Below are positions 25,860 to 36,689 of a DNA stretch of 64,000 nucleotides, piece by piece. The stretch comes from Mobula hypostoma (Eukaryota): positions 55,430,001 to 55,494,000 of the forward strand of contig NC_086108.1 of assembly GCF_963921235.1 (NCBI RefSeq). Reading direction: 5' to 3'. Made by a program: the position numbers and the translations under genes. Positions within the stretch are counted from its first letter, which is position 1; every line of letters begins with the position of its first letter. The notes beneath the pieces were generated by a model. It saw nothing but the letters and a program-made list of their open reading frames with translations, ran no database searches and was not told the DNA's origin.

Positions 25860-26555
25860 ATAATATACTCTATTTCCTTCATTCTTGCTGTGTATGAGTA
25901 ATCTAATTTGCAAGTTGCTGTATAGATGAACTTCGAGTATTGCTTTTAAAATGAAAGTAATATCAAATGCCCCTCCTATAAATATCATTGAATTTAGAAC
26001 TTATTTCATACAAATTATACTTTTGACTAGGTCCCATGTGGTAGGCTGGTCCAGAAAGTTAAGGCACAAGGGATCTGTGGCGTGGTGGTGAACTGGATTC
26101 AAAAATTGGCTTTAGTGGATGGTTGTTTTTTCTGACTGGAAATCCATAACAAACAAAGTTCTGTGGGAAAGGCACTGGGTCCCTTGTTGTTTATACTGTA
26201 TATAAATGAATTGGGAAAGGAGAGGATATAATTAGTAAGTTCACAGACAACAGAAAAGTTGGTGGAGTGGTAGCTAATGTAGAAGGTTGTTTAAAGACAC
26301 AGTGGGATATAGATCAAATTGAAAATTGGTAGAGTGGTAGTAGATTGAACAAGATCAAGACAAGAGTGAGGTAATACATTTTAGGAGGCCAAATTCTGCT
26401 AGGATATACAAATTAAATAATAGGGTGCTTGGGGACATTGTCACGCAGAGAGAACTTGGGTTCAATTCCATAGCTCTCTGAAAATAATGACACAGGTGAT
26501 AGGACAATGAGAAAAGGTGTTTGGTATGCTTGCCTTTAAAGGCAATGGAATGACT

Positions 26556-26912
26556 ACAAGTTCAAGTTCAGTTTGTTGTCATTCAACTGTACACATGTAT
26601 ACTGCCAAAGAAAACACTATTTCTCCAGACCAAGGTGTACAACACAATGCACATAACTCATACACACCATGCAGCAAGTAAAATTATCACTAGTAAATTA
26701 ACAAATAATAAGATGCATTTACAACACAAGTTTAAAAGGTAAACAGTATGGTGCTACTGGCGTTTCATGCATGATGAGACCTCAGTGGTGACAGGGAGTT
26801 CAGTAGTCTTGCAGCATGGGGGAAGAAGTTGTTTTCCATCGTAACCATTCTTGCCCTAATGCTATGGTACTTACTGCCTAATGGTAGGGGGTCAAAGAGA
26901 TTAGTGGTCGAA
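26556..26912 (-). mobile_element. Rex1/Babar-like 3' fragment
   Basis: LFDPLPLGSKYHSIRAR…NNFFPHAARLLNS. Tail 'caagttcaagttcagtttgttgtc'. Confidence 0.85.
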
Positions 26913-29102
26913 CAAGAACCATAGAAACCATAGAAACTACAGCACAGAAACAGGCCTTTTGGCCCTTCTTGGCTGTGCCGAACCATTTTCTGCTTAGTCC
27001 CACTGACCTGCACACAGACCACATCCCTCCATACACCTCCCATCCATGTATCTGTCCAATTTATTCTTAAATGTTAATAAAGAACCCGCATTTACCACGT
27101 CATCTGGCAGCTCATTCCATACTCCCACCACTCTCTGTGTGAAGAAGCCCCCCGCTAATGTTCCCTCTAAACTTTTCCCCCCTCATCCTAAACCCAAGTC
27201 CTCTGGTTTTTTTCTCCCCTTGCCTCAGTGGAAACAGCCTGCTTGCATTCACTCTATCTATACCCATCATAATTTTATATACCTCTATCAAATCTCCCCT
27301 CATTCTTCTACACTCCAGGGAATAAAGTCCTAACCTATTCAACCTTTCTCTGTAACTGAGTTTCTCAAGTCCCGGCAACATCCTTGTAAACCTTCTCTGC
27401 ATTCTTTCAACCTTATTTATATCCTTCCTATAATTTGATGACCAAAACTGAACACAATACTCCAGATTCAGCCTCACCAATGCCTTATACAACCTCATCA
27501 TAACATTCCAGCTCTTATACTCAATACTTTGATTAATAAAGGCCAATGTACCAAAAGCTCTCTTTACGACCCTATCTACTTGTCACGCCACTTTTAGGGA
27601 ATTTTGTATCTGTATTCCCAGATCCCTCTGTTCTACTGCACTCCTCAGTGCCTTACCATTAACCCTGAATGTTCTACTTTGGTTTGTCCTTCCAATGTGC
27701 AATACCTCACACTTGTCTGTATTAAACTCCATCTGCCATTTCTCAGCCCATTTTTCCAGCTGGTCCAAGTCCCTCTGCAGGCTCTGAAAACCTTCCTCAC
27801 TATCTACTACACCTCCAATCTTTGTATCATCAGCAAACTTGCTGATCCAATTTACCACATTATCATCCAGATCATTGATATAGATGACAAATAACAATGG
27901 ACCCAGCACTGATCCCTGTGGCACACCACTAGTCACAGGCCTCCACTCAGAGAAGCAATTCTCTACCACCACTCTTTGGCTTCTTCCATTGAGCCAATGT
28001 CTAATCCAATTTACCACCTCTCCATGTATACCTAGCGACTGAATTTTCCTAACTAACCTCCCATGCGGGACCTTGTCAAAGGCCTTACTGAAATCCATGT
28101 AGACAATATCCACTGCCTTCCCTTCATCCACTTTCCTGGTAACCTCCTCGAAAAACTCCAATAGATTGGTCAAACATGACATACCACGAACAAAGCCATG
28201 TTGATGCTCCCTAATAAGTCCCTGTCCATCCAAATGCTTGTAGATTCTGTCTCTTAGTACTCCCTCCAATAATTTACCTACTACTGACATTAAACTCACC
28301 GGCCTATAACTTCCTGGATTACTTTTCGATCCTTTTTTAAACAACGGAACAACATGAGCCACTCTCCAATCCTCCGGCACCTCACCCATAGACAATGACA
28401 TTTTAAATATTTCTGCCAGTGCCCCCGCAATTTCAACACTAGTCTCCTACAAGGTCCGAGGGAGCACCCTGTCAGGTCCCGGGGATTTATCCACTTTAAT
28501 TTTCCTCAAGACAGCAAGCACCTCCTCCTTTTCAATCTGCACAGTCTCCATGATCTCACTACTTGATTCCCTCAATTCCATAGACTTCATGCCAGTTTCT
28601 TTAGTAAATACAGACACAAAAAACCTATTTAAGATCTCCCCCATTTCCTTTGGTTCCGCACATAGCCGACCACTCTGATCTTCAAGAGGACCAATTTTAT
28701 CCCTTACAATCCTTTTGCTCTTAATATACCTGTAAAAGCTCTTTGGATTATCCTTCACTTTGACTGCCAAGGCAACCTCATGTCTTCTTTTAGCCTTCCT
28801 GATTACTTTCTTAAGTATTTTCTTGCACTTCTTATACTCCTCAAGCACCTGATTTACTCCCTGTTTCCTATACATTTCATACCACTCCCTCTTCTTCTTT
28901 ATCAGAGTTGCAATATCCCTTGAGAACCAAGGTTCCTTATTCCTATTCAATTTGCCTTTAATCCTGACAGGAACATACAAACTCTGCACTCTCAAAATTT
29001 CCCCTTTGAAGGCTTCCCACTCACATCTTTGCCAGAGAACAACCTGTCCCAATCCACGCTTTTTAGATCCTAACCTGTCCCAATCCACGCTTTTTAGATC
29101 CT
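26913..29102 (-). mobile_element. Young CR1 LINE, 5'-truncated ORF2 with complete RT domain
   Basis: ORFs 28447-29088, 27583-28401 (YMDFSKAFD, PQGSVLGP, FADD) and 27112-27546 share one frame and are separated only by single stops. Tail (TTTCTATGG)2. Confidence 0.97.
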
Positions 29103-29589
29103 AAAAGAGTTGGGATGCCATTTGCACCTGTATGAAACATTAGTCAGTCTGTACTTGGAGTATTATGCACTGTACTGGTTGCAGCATTGCAAAAAGAATG
29201 TGGCAGCAGTAGAGAGAGACTGCGTGAGAGACTCACCTTGATGGTGTATGGGACGGAGGGAGGGTTGTGGTTGTACAGAGAGATTGGATAGCTAGATTTA
29301 TTCTTACTGTAACTTCATGTGTAGAAGACAGGAATTTTAAGGTTAGAGGATGGAAGTAGAAAGGCAACATCAGAAGCAAGTTTTTTTATGCAGTGCGGTG
29401 GGTCACTGGGGTAGTGAAAGCAGACAGTTTGGTAGAGTTTAAGAAGCTTTTAGATAGACGCGTGAATATGAAGGGAATGGAAGGATATGGATAATACACA
29501 GGAGAAGGACATTTAATATAAGTTGGCATCAAGATTGGCACAATGTTGTGGCAGATTGGTCTTTCCAGTGCTGTATTGTTCTATGTTCT

Positions 29590-29960
29590 AACTAAGGCTA
29601 AGTGGCAACCTTATGGATGTTTACAAAGTTATGAGGGGCATTAATATGACCAGATTCATTCTTCATGGCAGGGGACTCTCAAATTAGAGTGCACAAGTTT
29701 AAGGCTGAAAGGGAGAACTTTCCACACAATTTTTCCATGCTGGAAAATACTGGTAAATACTTGGAATGAACGGCTGGAGGTGGTGATAGAGGCAGATACA
29801 ATTACAATGTTTAAACAGCATTTGGACAAGTGCTTGGACAAGAAAGGAGTTGAGAGGTATGAGCCTAATGCAGGCAAATGGGATGATCTTGGATGGGCAT
29901 TATGATTGACATGGATGAAGTTAGCCACATAGGCCTGTTTCTTTGCTGTATGTTTCTATA
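29590..29960 (+). mobile_element. CR1 3' fragment, decayed
   Basis: Contains 'aaagttatgaggggcatt…ggcctgtttctttgctgtatgtttctat'. Confidence 0.75.
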
Positions 29961-30987
29961 ATTAGAGTCATAAAGCTATAAATGATGAAAAGCAGGCCCT
30001 CAAGCCCTCAACCTCTCAACCTAACTCATCCATACTGACCATTGCCTCACTAAGCTTGTTCCATTTGCCTTCATTTGGCCCAAATCCTTTCAAACATTTC
30101 CTTTCATGCACTCTCTTAAATGCTGTATTTTACTTTATCGCTTCTAGCAGCTTGTTCCATTTTTGGGCCACCCTCTGTGTGTGTTGATTGGAGAGGTGGG
30201 AAGATACCCCATAGGGCTTTTTTTATCTTAAATCTTTCCCCCTCACTTTAAACAAATGTCCTCTAGTTTGGGACATCTTTGCCTTGGTTATTCACCTTAT
30301 CTCATTGTTTTGTAAGCCTCTATAAAGTCACACATTAGCCTTCCATGCTCCAAGGAAAAAAAATCCTAGCCCATCCAGCCTCTTTTTATAACTAATCCCC
30401 TCCAGTCCTGTTCACATCCTTGTAAATAATGTTTTCACCCTTTCCAGATTAAATCCATCTTTTCTATAGCAGGGTAGCCAGATCTATGTACATTACTCTA
30501 AATGTGACATTGCCATTATACAGATCTCCAAGGTATTCCAACTCTTGTACTCAATATCCTAACCGGTGAAGGGAAGAATGGTAAATGCCCTCTGCATCAC
30601 TCTGTCTACCTGTGTCATCACCCTCAAGTAATTATTAACTTGCATCTGTTGATCTTTATGTTCTATGGCAGTGCTCAGGTCCCTAGTTTTTACCGTGAAA
30701 GTCCTATCCTGGTTTGTCTTGCCAAAGTGAGCACCTTGCGTTTATTTGAATTAAGCTTCATCTGCCAATCCATGACTCACTGGCTGTTAGAAACATAGAA
30801 ACTGGATAACCTCTCTCTTCACCATACCACCAAAGTTAGTGTCATCCATAAATGTATTAAGCATGCCAGTTGCATTCGCATCAAAATCAGTAATATAAAT
30901 GCTGAACAATGGTGTACCCAAAACCTGTCCCTGACCATACCGCTCATTATGGGCCTTTAATCTAATAACCAGTCTTCTACTATCACT

Positions 30988-32375
30988 CAACACACATCAA
31001 AGTTGCTGGTGAACGCAGCAGGCCAGGCAGCATCTATAGGAAGAGGCGCAGTCGACGTTTCAGGCCGAGACCCTTCGTCAGGACTAACTGAAGGAAGAGT
31101 GAGTAAGGGATTTGAAAGCTGGAGGGGGAGGGGGAGATCCAAAATGATAGGAGAAGACAGGAGGGGGAGGGATGGAGCCGAGAGCTGGACAGGTGATAGG
31201 CAGAAGGGGATACGAGAGGATCATGGGACAGGAGGTCCGGGAAGAAAGACGGGGGGGGGGGTGACCCAGAGGATGGGCAAGAGGTATATTCAGAGGGACA
31301 GAAGGAGAAAAAGGAGAGTGAGAGAAAGAATGTGTGCATTAAAAAGAGTAACAGATGGGGTACGAGGGGGAGGTGGGGCCTAGCGGAAGTTAGAGAAGTC
31401 AATGTTCATGCCATCAGGTTGGAGGCTACCCATACGGAATATAAGGTGTTGTTCCTCCAACCTGAGTGTGGCTTCATCTTTACAGTAGAGGAGGCCGTGG
31501 ATAGACATGTCAGAATGGGAATGGGATGTGGAATTAAAATGTGTGGCCACTGGGAGATCCTGCTTTCTCTGGCGGACAGAGCGTAGATGTTCAGCAAAGC
31601 GGTCTCCCAGTCTGCGTCGGGTATCACCAATATATAAAAGGCCACATCGGGAGCACCGGACGCAGTATATCACCCCAGTCGACTCACAGGTGAAGTGATG
31701 CCTCACCTGGAAGGACTGTTTGGGGCCCTGAATGGTGGTAAGGGAGGAAGTGTAAGGGCATGTGTAGCACTTGTTCCGCTTACACGGATAAGTGCCAGGA
31801 GGGAGATCAGTGGGGAGGGATGGGGGGGACGAATGGACAAGGGAGTTGTGTAGGGAGCGATCCCTGCGGAATGCAGAGAGAGGGGGGGAGGGAAAGATAT
31901 GCTTAGTGGTGGGATCCCGTTGGAGGTGGCGGAAGTTGCGGAGAATAATATGTTGGACCCGGAGGCTGGTGGGGTGGTAGGTGAGGACCAGGGGAACCCT
32001 ATTCCTAGTGGGGTGATGGGAGGATGGAGTGAGAGCAGATGTACGTGAAATGGGGGAGATGCGTTTAAGAGCAGAGTTGATAGTGGAGGAAGGGAAGCCC
32101 CTTTCTTTAAAAAATGAAGACATCTCCCTCGTCCTAGAATGAAAAGCCTCATCCTGAGAGCAGATGCGGCGGAGACGGAGGAATTGCGAGAAGGGGATGG
32201 CGTTTTTGCAAGAGACAGGGTGAGAAGAGGAATAGTCCAGATAGTTGTGAGAGTCAGTAGGCTTATAGTAGACATCAGTGGATAAGCTGTCTCCAGAGAC
32301 AGAGACAGAAAGATCTAGAAAGGGGAGGGAGGTGTCAGAAATGGACCAGGTAAACTCGAGGGCAGGGTGGAAGTT
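30988..32375 (-). mobile_element. Young Penelope-like element: C-terminal RT/thumb, GIY-YIG endonuclease and pLTR
   Basis: Open frame within ORF 31380-32405: NFHPALEFT…LPFLD…YYKPTDSHNYL…CKRNKCYTC…GVIYCVRCSRCGLLYIGDT…RFAEH. 5'-truncated, lacking the catalytic RT core. Confidence 0.96.
31049..31086 (-). ncRNA. Minimal type I hammerhead ribozyme motif (PLE-borne)
   Basis: Minus strand UAGUC-CUGACGA-AGG(GUCUCGG)CCU-GAAAC-GUC-GACUG. Core intact; stem I AGUC/GACU. Confidence 0.82.
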
Positions 32376-32946
32376 CTCCAACTGCCAAGCCAATGTTGTA
32401 TCCAATTGGCTAGTTTGCCTTGAATCCCATGTGATTTAATTGTCTAGACCCGGCCTACCATATAGTACCTCATCAAAGCTAACATGTCAGCTGCTTTGCA
32501 CTCATCCATCTTCTTGGTCATCTCTTCAAGCAACTCTTAATCAAATTTATGAAACACTATTACTTGTATGAGGTAGGCGGTGTTGACTATTCATATTAAT
32601 TGGTCCTTTCCTTTCTAAATACGTATAGATGCTTTCTCTCAGTATTCTCTCTAATAATTTATCTACCACTGATCTTGGGCTCACCAGTCTAAATCTGAGG
32701 GTTTACTTCTGCAGAGAGTTGTGGACACAGCTCAGCGCATCATGGAAACCAGCCTCCTATACATGGACTCTGCCGATACTTCTTGCTGCCTCAGTAAGGC
32801 AGTCAGCATAATGAAAGACCTTGCCCACCATCAGACCCATCTCCCATCAGGCAGAAGATACAAAATCTTTCAAGGCCAGCTTCTATCTTGCTGTTTTCAG
32901 CCTATTGAATGGTTCTCTGGTATATTAAGATGTACTCTTGACTTCA

Positions 32947-33786
32947 AGCAACACACATCAAAGTTGCTGGTGAACGCAGCAGGCCAGGCAGCATCTCTAG
33001 GAAGAGGTACAGTCAACGTTTCAGGCCGAGACCCTTCGTCAGGGAGAAGGAAAAGTGGGGGAGGGGAAAAACCCAGAGGATGGGCAAGGGGTACAGTGAG
33101 AGGGACAGAGGGAGAAAAAGGAGAGTGAGAGAAAGAATGTGTGTATAAAAATAAATAGCGGATGGGGTACGAGGGGGAGGTAGGGCATTAGCGGAAGTTA
33201 GAGAAGTCAATGTTCATGCCATCAGGTTGGAGGCTACCCAGATGGAATATAAGGTGTTGTTCCTCCAACCTGAGTGTGGCTTCATCTTTACAGTAGAGGA
33301 GGCTGTGGATAGACATGTCAGAATGGGAATGGGATGTGGAATTAAGATGTGTGGCCACTGGGAGATCCTGCTTTCTCTGGCAGACAGAGCGTAGGTGTTC
33401 AGCAAAACGGTCTCCCAGTCTGCGTTGGGTCTCGCCAATATATAGAAGGCCACATCGGGAGCACCGAATGCAGTATATCACCCCAGCCGACTCACAGGTG
33501 AAGGCCTCCTGTCCCATGATCCTCTCATATCCCCTTTGCCAATCACCTGTCCAGCTCTTGGCTCCATCCCTCCCCCTCCTGTCTTCTCCTATCATTTTGG
33601 ATCTCCTCCTCCCCCTCCCACTTCCAAATCTCTTACTAACTCTTCCTTCATTTAGTCCTGACGAAGGGTCTCGGCCTGAAACGTCGACTGTACCTTTTCC
33701 TAGAGACGCTGCCTGGCCTGCTGCATTCACCAGCAACTTTGATGTGTGTTGCTTGAATTTCCAGTATCTGCAGAATTCCTCTTGTT
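32947..33786. mobile_element. Young fold-back Penelope-like element with inverted arms and 14-bp TSD
   Basis: Perfect TSD TACTCTTGACTTCA (32933-32946, 33787-33800). The minus arm (32947-~33502) carries the GIY-YIG C-terminus; the plus arm (~33503-33786) carries the pLTR and a 3' extension. Confidence 0.95.
33653..33690 (+). ncRNA. Minimal type I hammerhead ribozyme motif (PLE-borne)
   Basis: UAGUC-CUGACGA-AGG(GUCUCGG)CCU-GAAAC-GUC-GACUG. Core intact and identical to the 31049-31086 motif. Confidence 0.82.
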
Positions 33787-34040
33787 TACTCTTGACTTCA
33801 GTCTAGCTTATGATCTGGCACCTTATTGTTCACCTGCACAGCATTTTCTCTGTCGCTATTACTTTATTCTGCATTCTGTTATTGTTTTATCTTGTACTAC
33901 CTCAATGCAATTCAAGCTTTTCACTGTACCTAAGTAGACATGACATTCGGAACAAATTTAAATTCCAATTAATCTTGATGCCTTTCTTATATAAGGGTAC
34001 AGCAGTCTTCAGTCACCTTGCATGCAGCTAGCTATGATAC

Positions 34041-35376
34041 AGATTAGATTAGATTGTGGGGACACACAGTCCTCTTTTATTGTCATTTAGTAATGCATGC
34101 ATTAAGAAATGATACAATATTCCTCCGGTGTGATATCACAGAAACACAGGACAGACCGAGACCGAAGTCTAACAAAAACCACATAATTATAACATATAGT
34201 TACAACAGTGCAACAATACCATAATTTGATGAAGAACAGGCCATGGGCACAAGAAAAAAGTTCAAAGTCTCTCGAAAGTCTCACATCTCAGGCAGATGGG
34301 AGAAGGAAGAAAATTCTCCCTGCCATACCCGACCACAGTCCGACTCTGAGTCGTCCGAAAACTTTGAGCCTCCGATCCGCCCTCTGACACCGAGTACCAA
34401 GCACCATCTCTGCCAAGCGCTTCGACCCCAGCCTCAGTCGCTAGCAGCAGGCAAAGCTGGGAATTTTGGGGCCTTCCCTCCGGAGATTCTCGATTGCACA
34501 TGTAGCCCCCCCGGCCACTCTCAGGGTCGCTTGGCTCGCTGTTGTCTAAGGAAACAGCCTCGGCCCCGCCAAACTGGGTAATTCGTTTGTGTGGATGCTG
34601 TGTGAGGTACCCCACCCCGCCCAAATAACAGACAATACACCAGATGCAATTAAATGATTTACAGTTTATAGATATTACTGGAACTATATAATTAATAGAG
34701 AATAAAATATAAAAGGAAAATAAAAGGTGCAACATTTATCAAAGTTCAATCTCTTCGTGCACAACAACCGTTGGAGCTCAAGGACCTTCTTCTTCACCCT
34801 GCGACCCCCTCGGACCACCTTGACCGGCCGCCTGGGATCAACAACGGTGGTCGACCAGACGCTCCACACCAGTCCGTCTCCGTCTCCTTGCCGAACGTCC
34901 CGCTCGGGGTCCGACCCCGTTAGCGGAATCACAGCACCTCGTCCATCCTCAGTCTCGATCTCCCGCCTTCTGCCCCAAAACCCTGCGCATACAGTATCTT
35001 CAAATACACCAAAACCATAACAACTATCCCAATTGGTTAATAGCACTCTCTTATCACACACTAAAGCAAAAACAAACTGTTAGCGCAAACTTTCTCAGTG
35101 TTTAACACAACAAAGCCGCATTCCCCAGATTAACATAACAAAGACGCCATTTTAATTAGCCTCCGCAGTAACATAAAAGTCGAAACCCCCTTACACACAG
35201 TAGCAGCGGCGGCGAACTGGGCATTTCAGAAATTTCCCCAGATGTTCCTCTATGCTTCTCATGTCTGTCTCCATCAAATCAGAATTGTGCACGGCATCCT
35301 ACTTACAAATATGATATAATTTCACCGGAGAGCAGCGCGTGCTGCGTCGCACTGCCATCTTCTCCTCCCGCCATCT
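34041..35376 (-). mobile_element. Non-coding ~635-bp non-autonomous retroposon with (AATCT)n tail, split by a solo LTR
   Basis: The minus strand starts AGATGGCGGGAGGAGAAGATGGCAG and ends AATAAAAGAGG…CAATCTAATCTAATCT. CpG-rich, with no recognisable protein domain. Confidence 0.7.
34501..35195 (-). mobile_element. Solo LTR (Gypsy-like), 695 bp
   Basis: TGTA…TACA termini and a 4-bp TSD CACA (34497-34500, 35196-35199). Strand is tentative. Confidence 0.85.
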
Positions 35377-36454
35377 GGCAGATCAATAGATATTTACTTT
35401 CCACCATGTCATATGATATACTTGATCAGGTCCAAGGGATTGATCTACCTGTCTCTGTGTTTTAAGACCTCCAGCACAATCTCTTGGACAATGAGTACTC
35501 TCTTCAAGACACCACTGTAAACCTCCATTGTCTTTCTCGATGGTAAATTCTATGAAAAGCCTACATGTTAAATTATTGACATATATTACATTAAAAGCAA
35601 TGTCTTTATGTCATCGTGATTTAAAGTTTAAAACTTAAGAAGGTGATTTTGATCTTGCTACTCTCCATCAAGAATAGTAAAATCAAATTCACTAAAATTA
35701 AGTAGTCACTTTCTTTCCAATGCAGGAAATATAATGTTGATGTGCTTTGGTTTTAGTGCAAACTCAAAGACCCCTACTATCTAATTTTAAATGCATGTCT
35801 ATGTCTTCAGTCTAATCATATCAATAATTGAAAAGCTTTACCTTCCAGATTGTTGTTTATTTGCAAATTGATGGAAATTGATGCTGGTTGAGTGAATTGA
35901 AACTTAGAGTATATATTTAAAGAAAGAATGTACATGTACATTTGCTAAATGTGTAACTGTGGTGAAGGACCAAATTAATGATCTGAATCTCTTCTAACAT
36001 TGACAAATGTAAGATGTTATTTTTAAACCTGATGGAACCAGTTACTGTAACTTTTAACTACACACTACATAAATAGCAAAGTTTCTCCTCTCTTTCTACC
36101 AAACTAGTAGTTGTTTCCTTTTTTAAAATTCAGGAAATCGTGCCAAGTGTTTTTGAGGTTTGACAGCATAATGTGCTTGACAGCATATTGTGTTTGAAAT
36201 ACTTTCACCAGTTTTACAGAGGCTTAAAATAGTCTGTGTTTTTAATCCAAGTGAATACCTCCATCAACTGTAACACAGTTGCTGATTTACGAAGTAAATT
36301 GAAACATTTCCAGTTTACATTACTGTTAAACAGATAATTCAGATTAACTAATTCTGCTTTCTCCATTTATATCAATTTATTCAGCTCAAAGAGGAGAATT
36401 TATGTTAGGTACCAGGCTACTTTTGGTGGGGGGAGGGTGTGGTTGAAGGGGGCT

Positions 36455-36672
36455 TCTAGACTTGTTGACTGGCAGACCTCAATTTGTCAGAATTGATCAT
36501 AAAAACTTCATCCACCCTAACCTAACTCTTAACACTGGTAGTCCCGAGGGTTGTATGCTCAACACTTTGCAGTGCTTCCTGTGTGGTCAAATATACCACC
36601 AGCTCAATCTTCAAGTTCATTATATAGGCCAGATTGACAACAATGATGAAACAGTACAGGAAAGAAGTCACT
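36455..36672 (+). mobile_element. Rex1/Babar-like RT fragment, old
   Basis: LTGRPQFVRI…LTLNTGSPEGCML (ORF 36462-36674). Confidence 0.7.
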
Positions 36673-36689
36673 AACTCAAAAACCTGATG

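Larger units (their letters stand above)
26025..29590 (+). mobile_element. Old CR1 host copy split by nested insertions (host parts ~26025-26558 and 29103-29590)
   Basis: The host breaks at 'gactacaag' and resumes collinearly with 'aagagttgggatg…ttggagtattatgc'. Confidence 0.75.
32700..33970 (+). mobile_element. Rex1/Babar-like 3' fragment split by a PLE insertion
   Basis: LQRVVDTAQRIMETSL…CLSKAVSIMKD…LPSGRRY (32708-32860). The 3' UTR resumes after 33800. Confidence 0.82.
29962..35560 (-). mobile_element. Old CR1 host copy fragmented by nested insertions (parts ~29962-30987, 32376-32692, 33970-34040, 35377-35560)
   Basis: The RT remnant (GQVLGTPLFSIYITD…FMDDTNFGG, ORF 30787-30993) continues collinearly across the insertions. 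Confidence 0.75.

Noticed and set aside
33188..33736. 182-aa ORF as a novel GIY-YIG fusion protein
   Set aside because: Chimeric reading across the inversion junction of the fold-back PLE; the N-terminal part is antisense pLTR.
34243..35061. Several overlapping 97-157 aa ORFs
   Set aside because: Fall in the GC-rich retroposon and solo LTR, cross the insertion junctions and have no recognisable domains.
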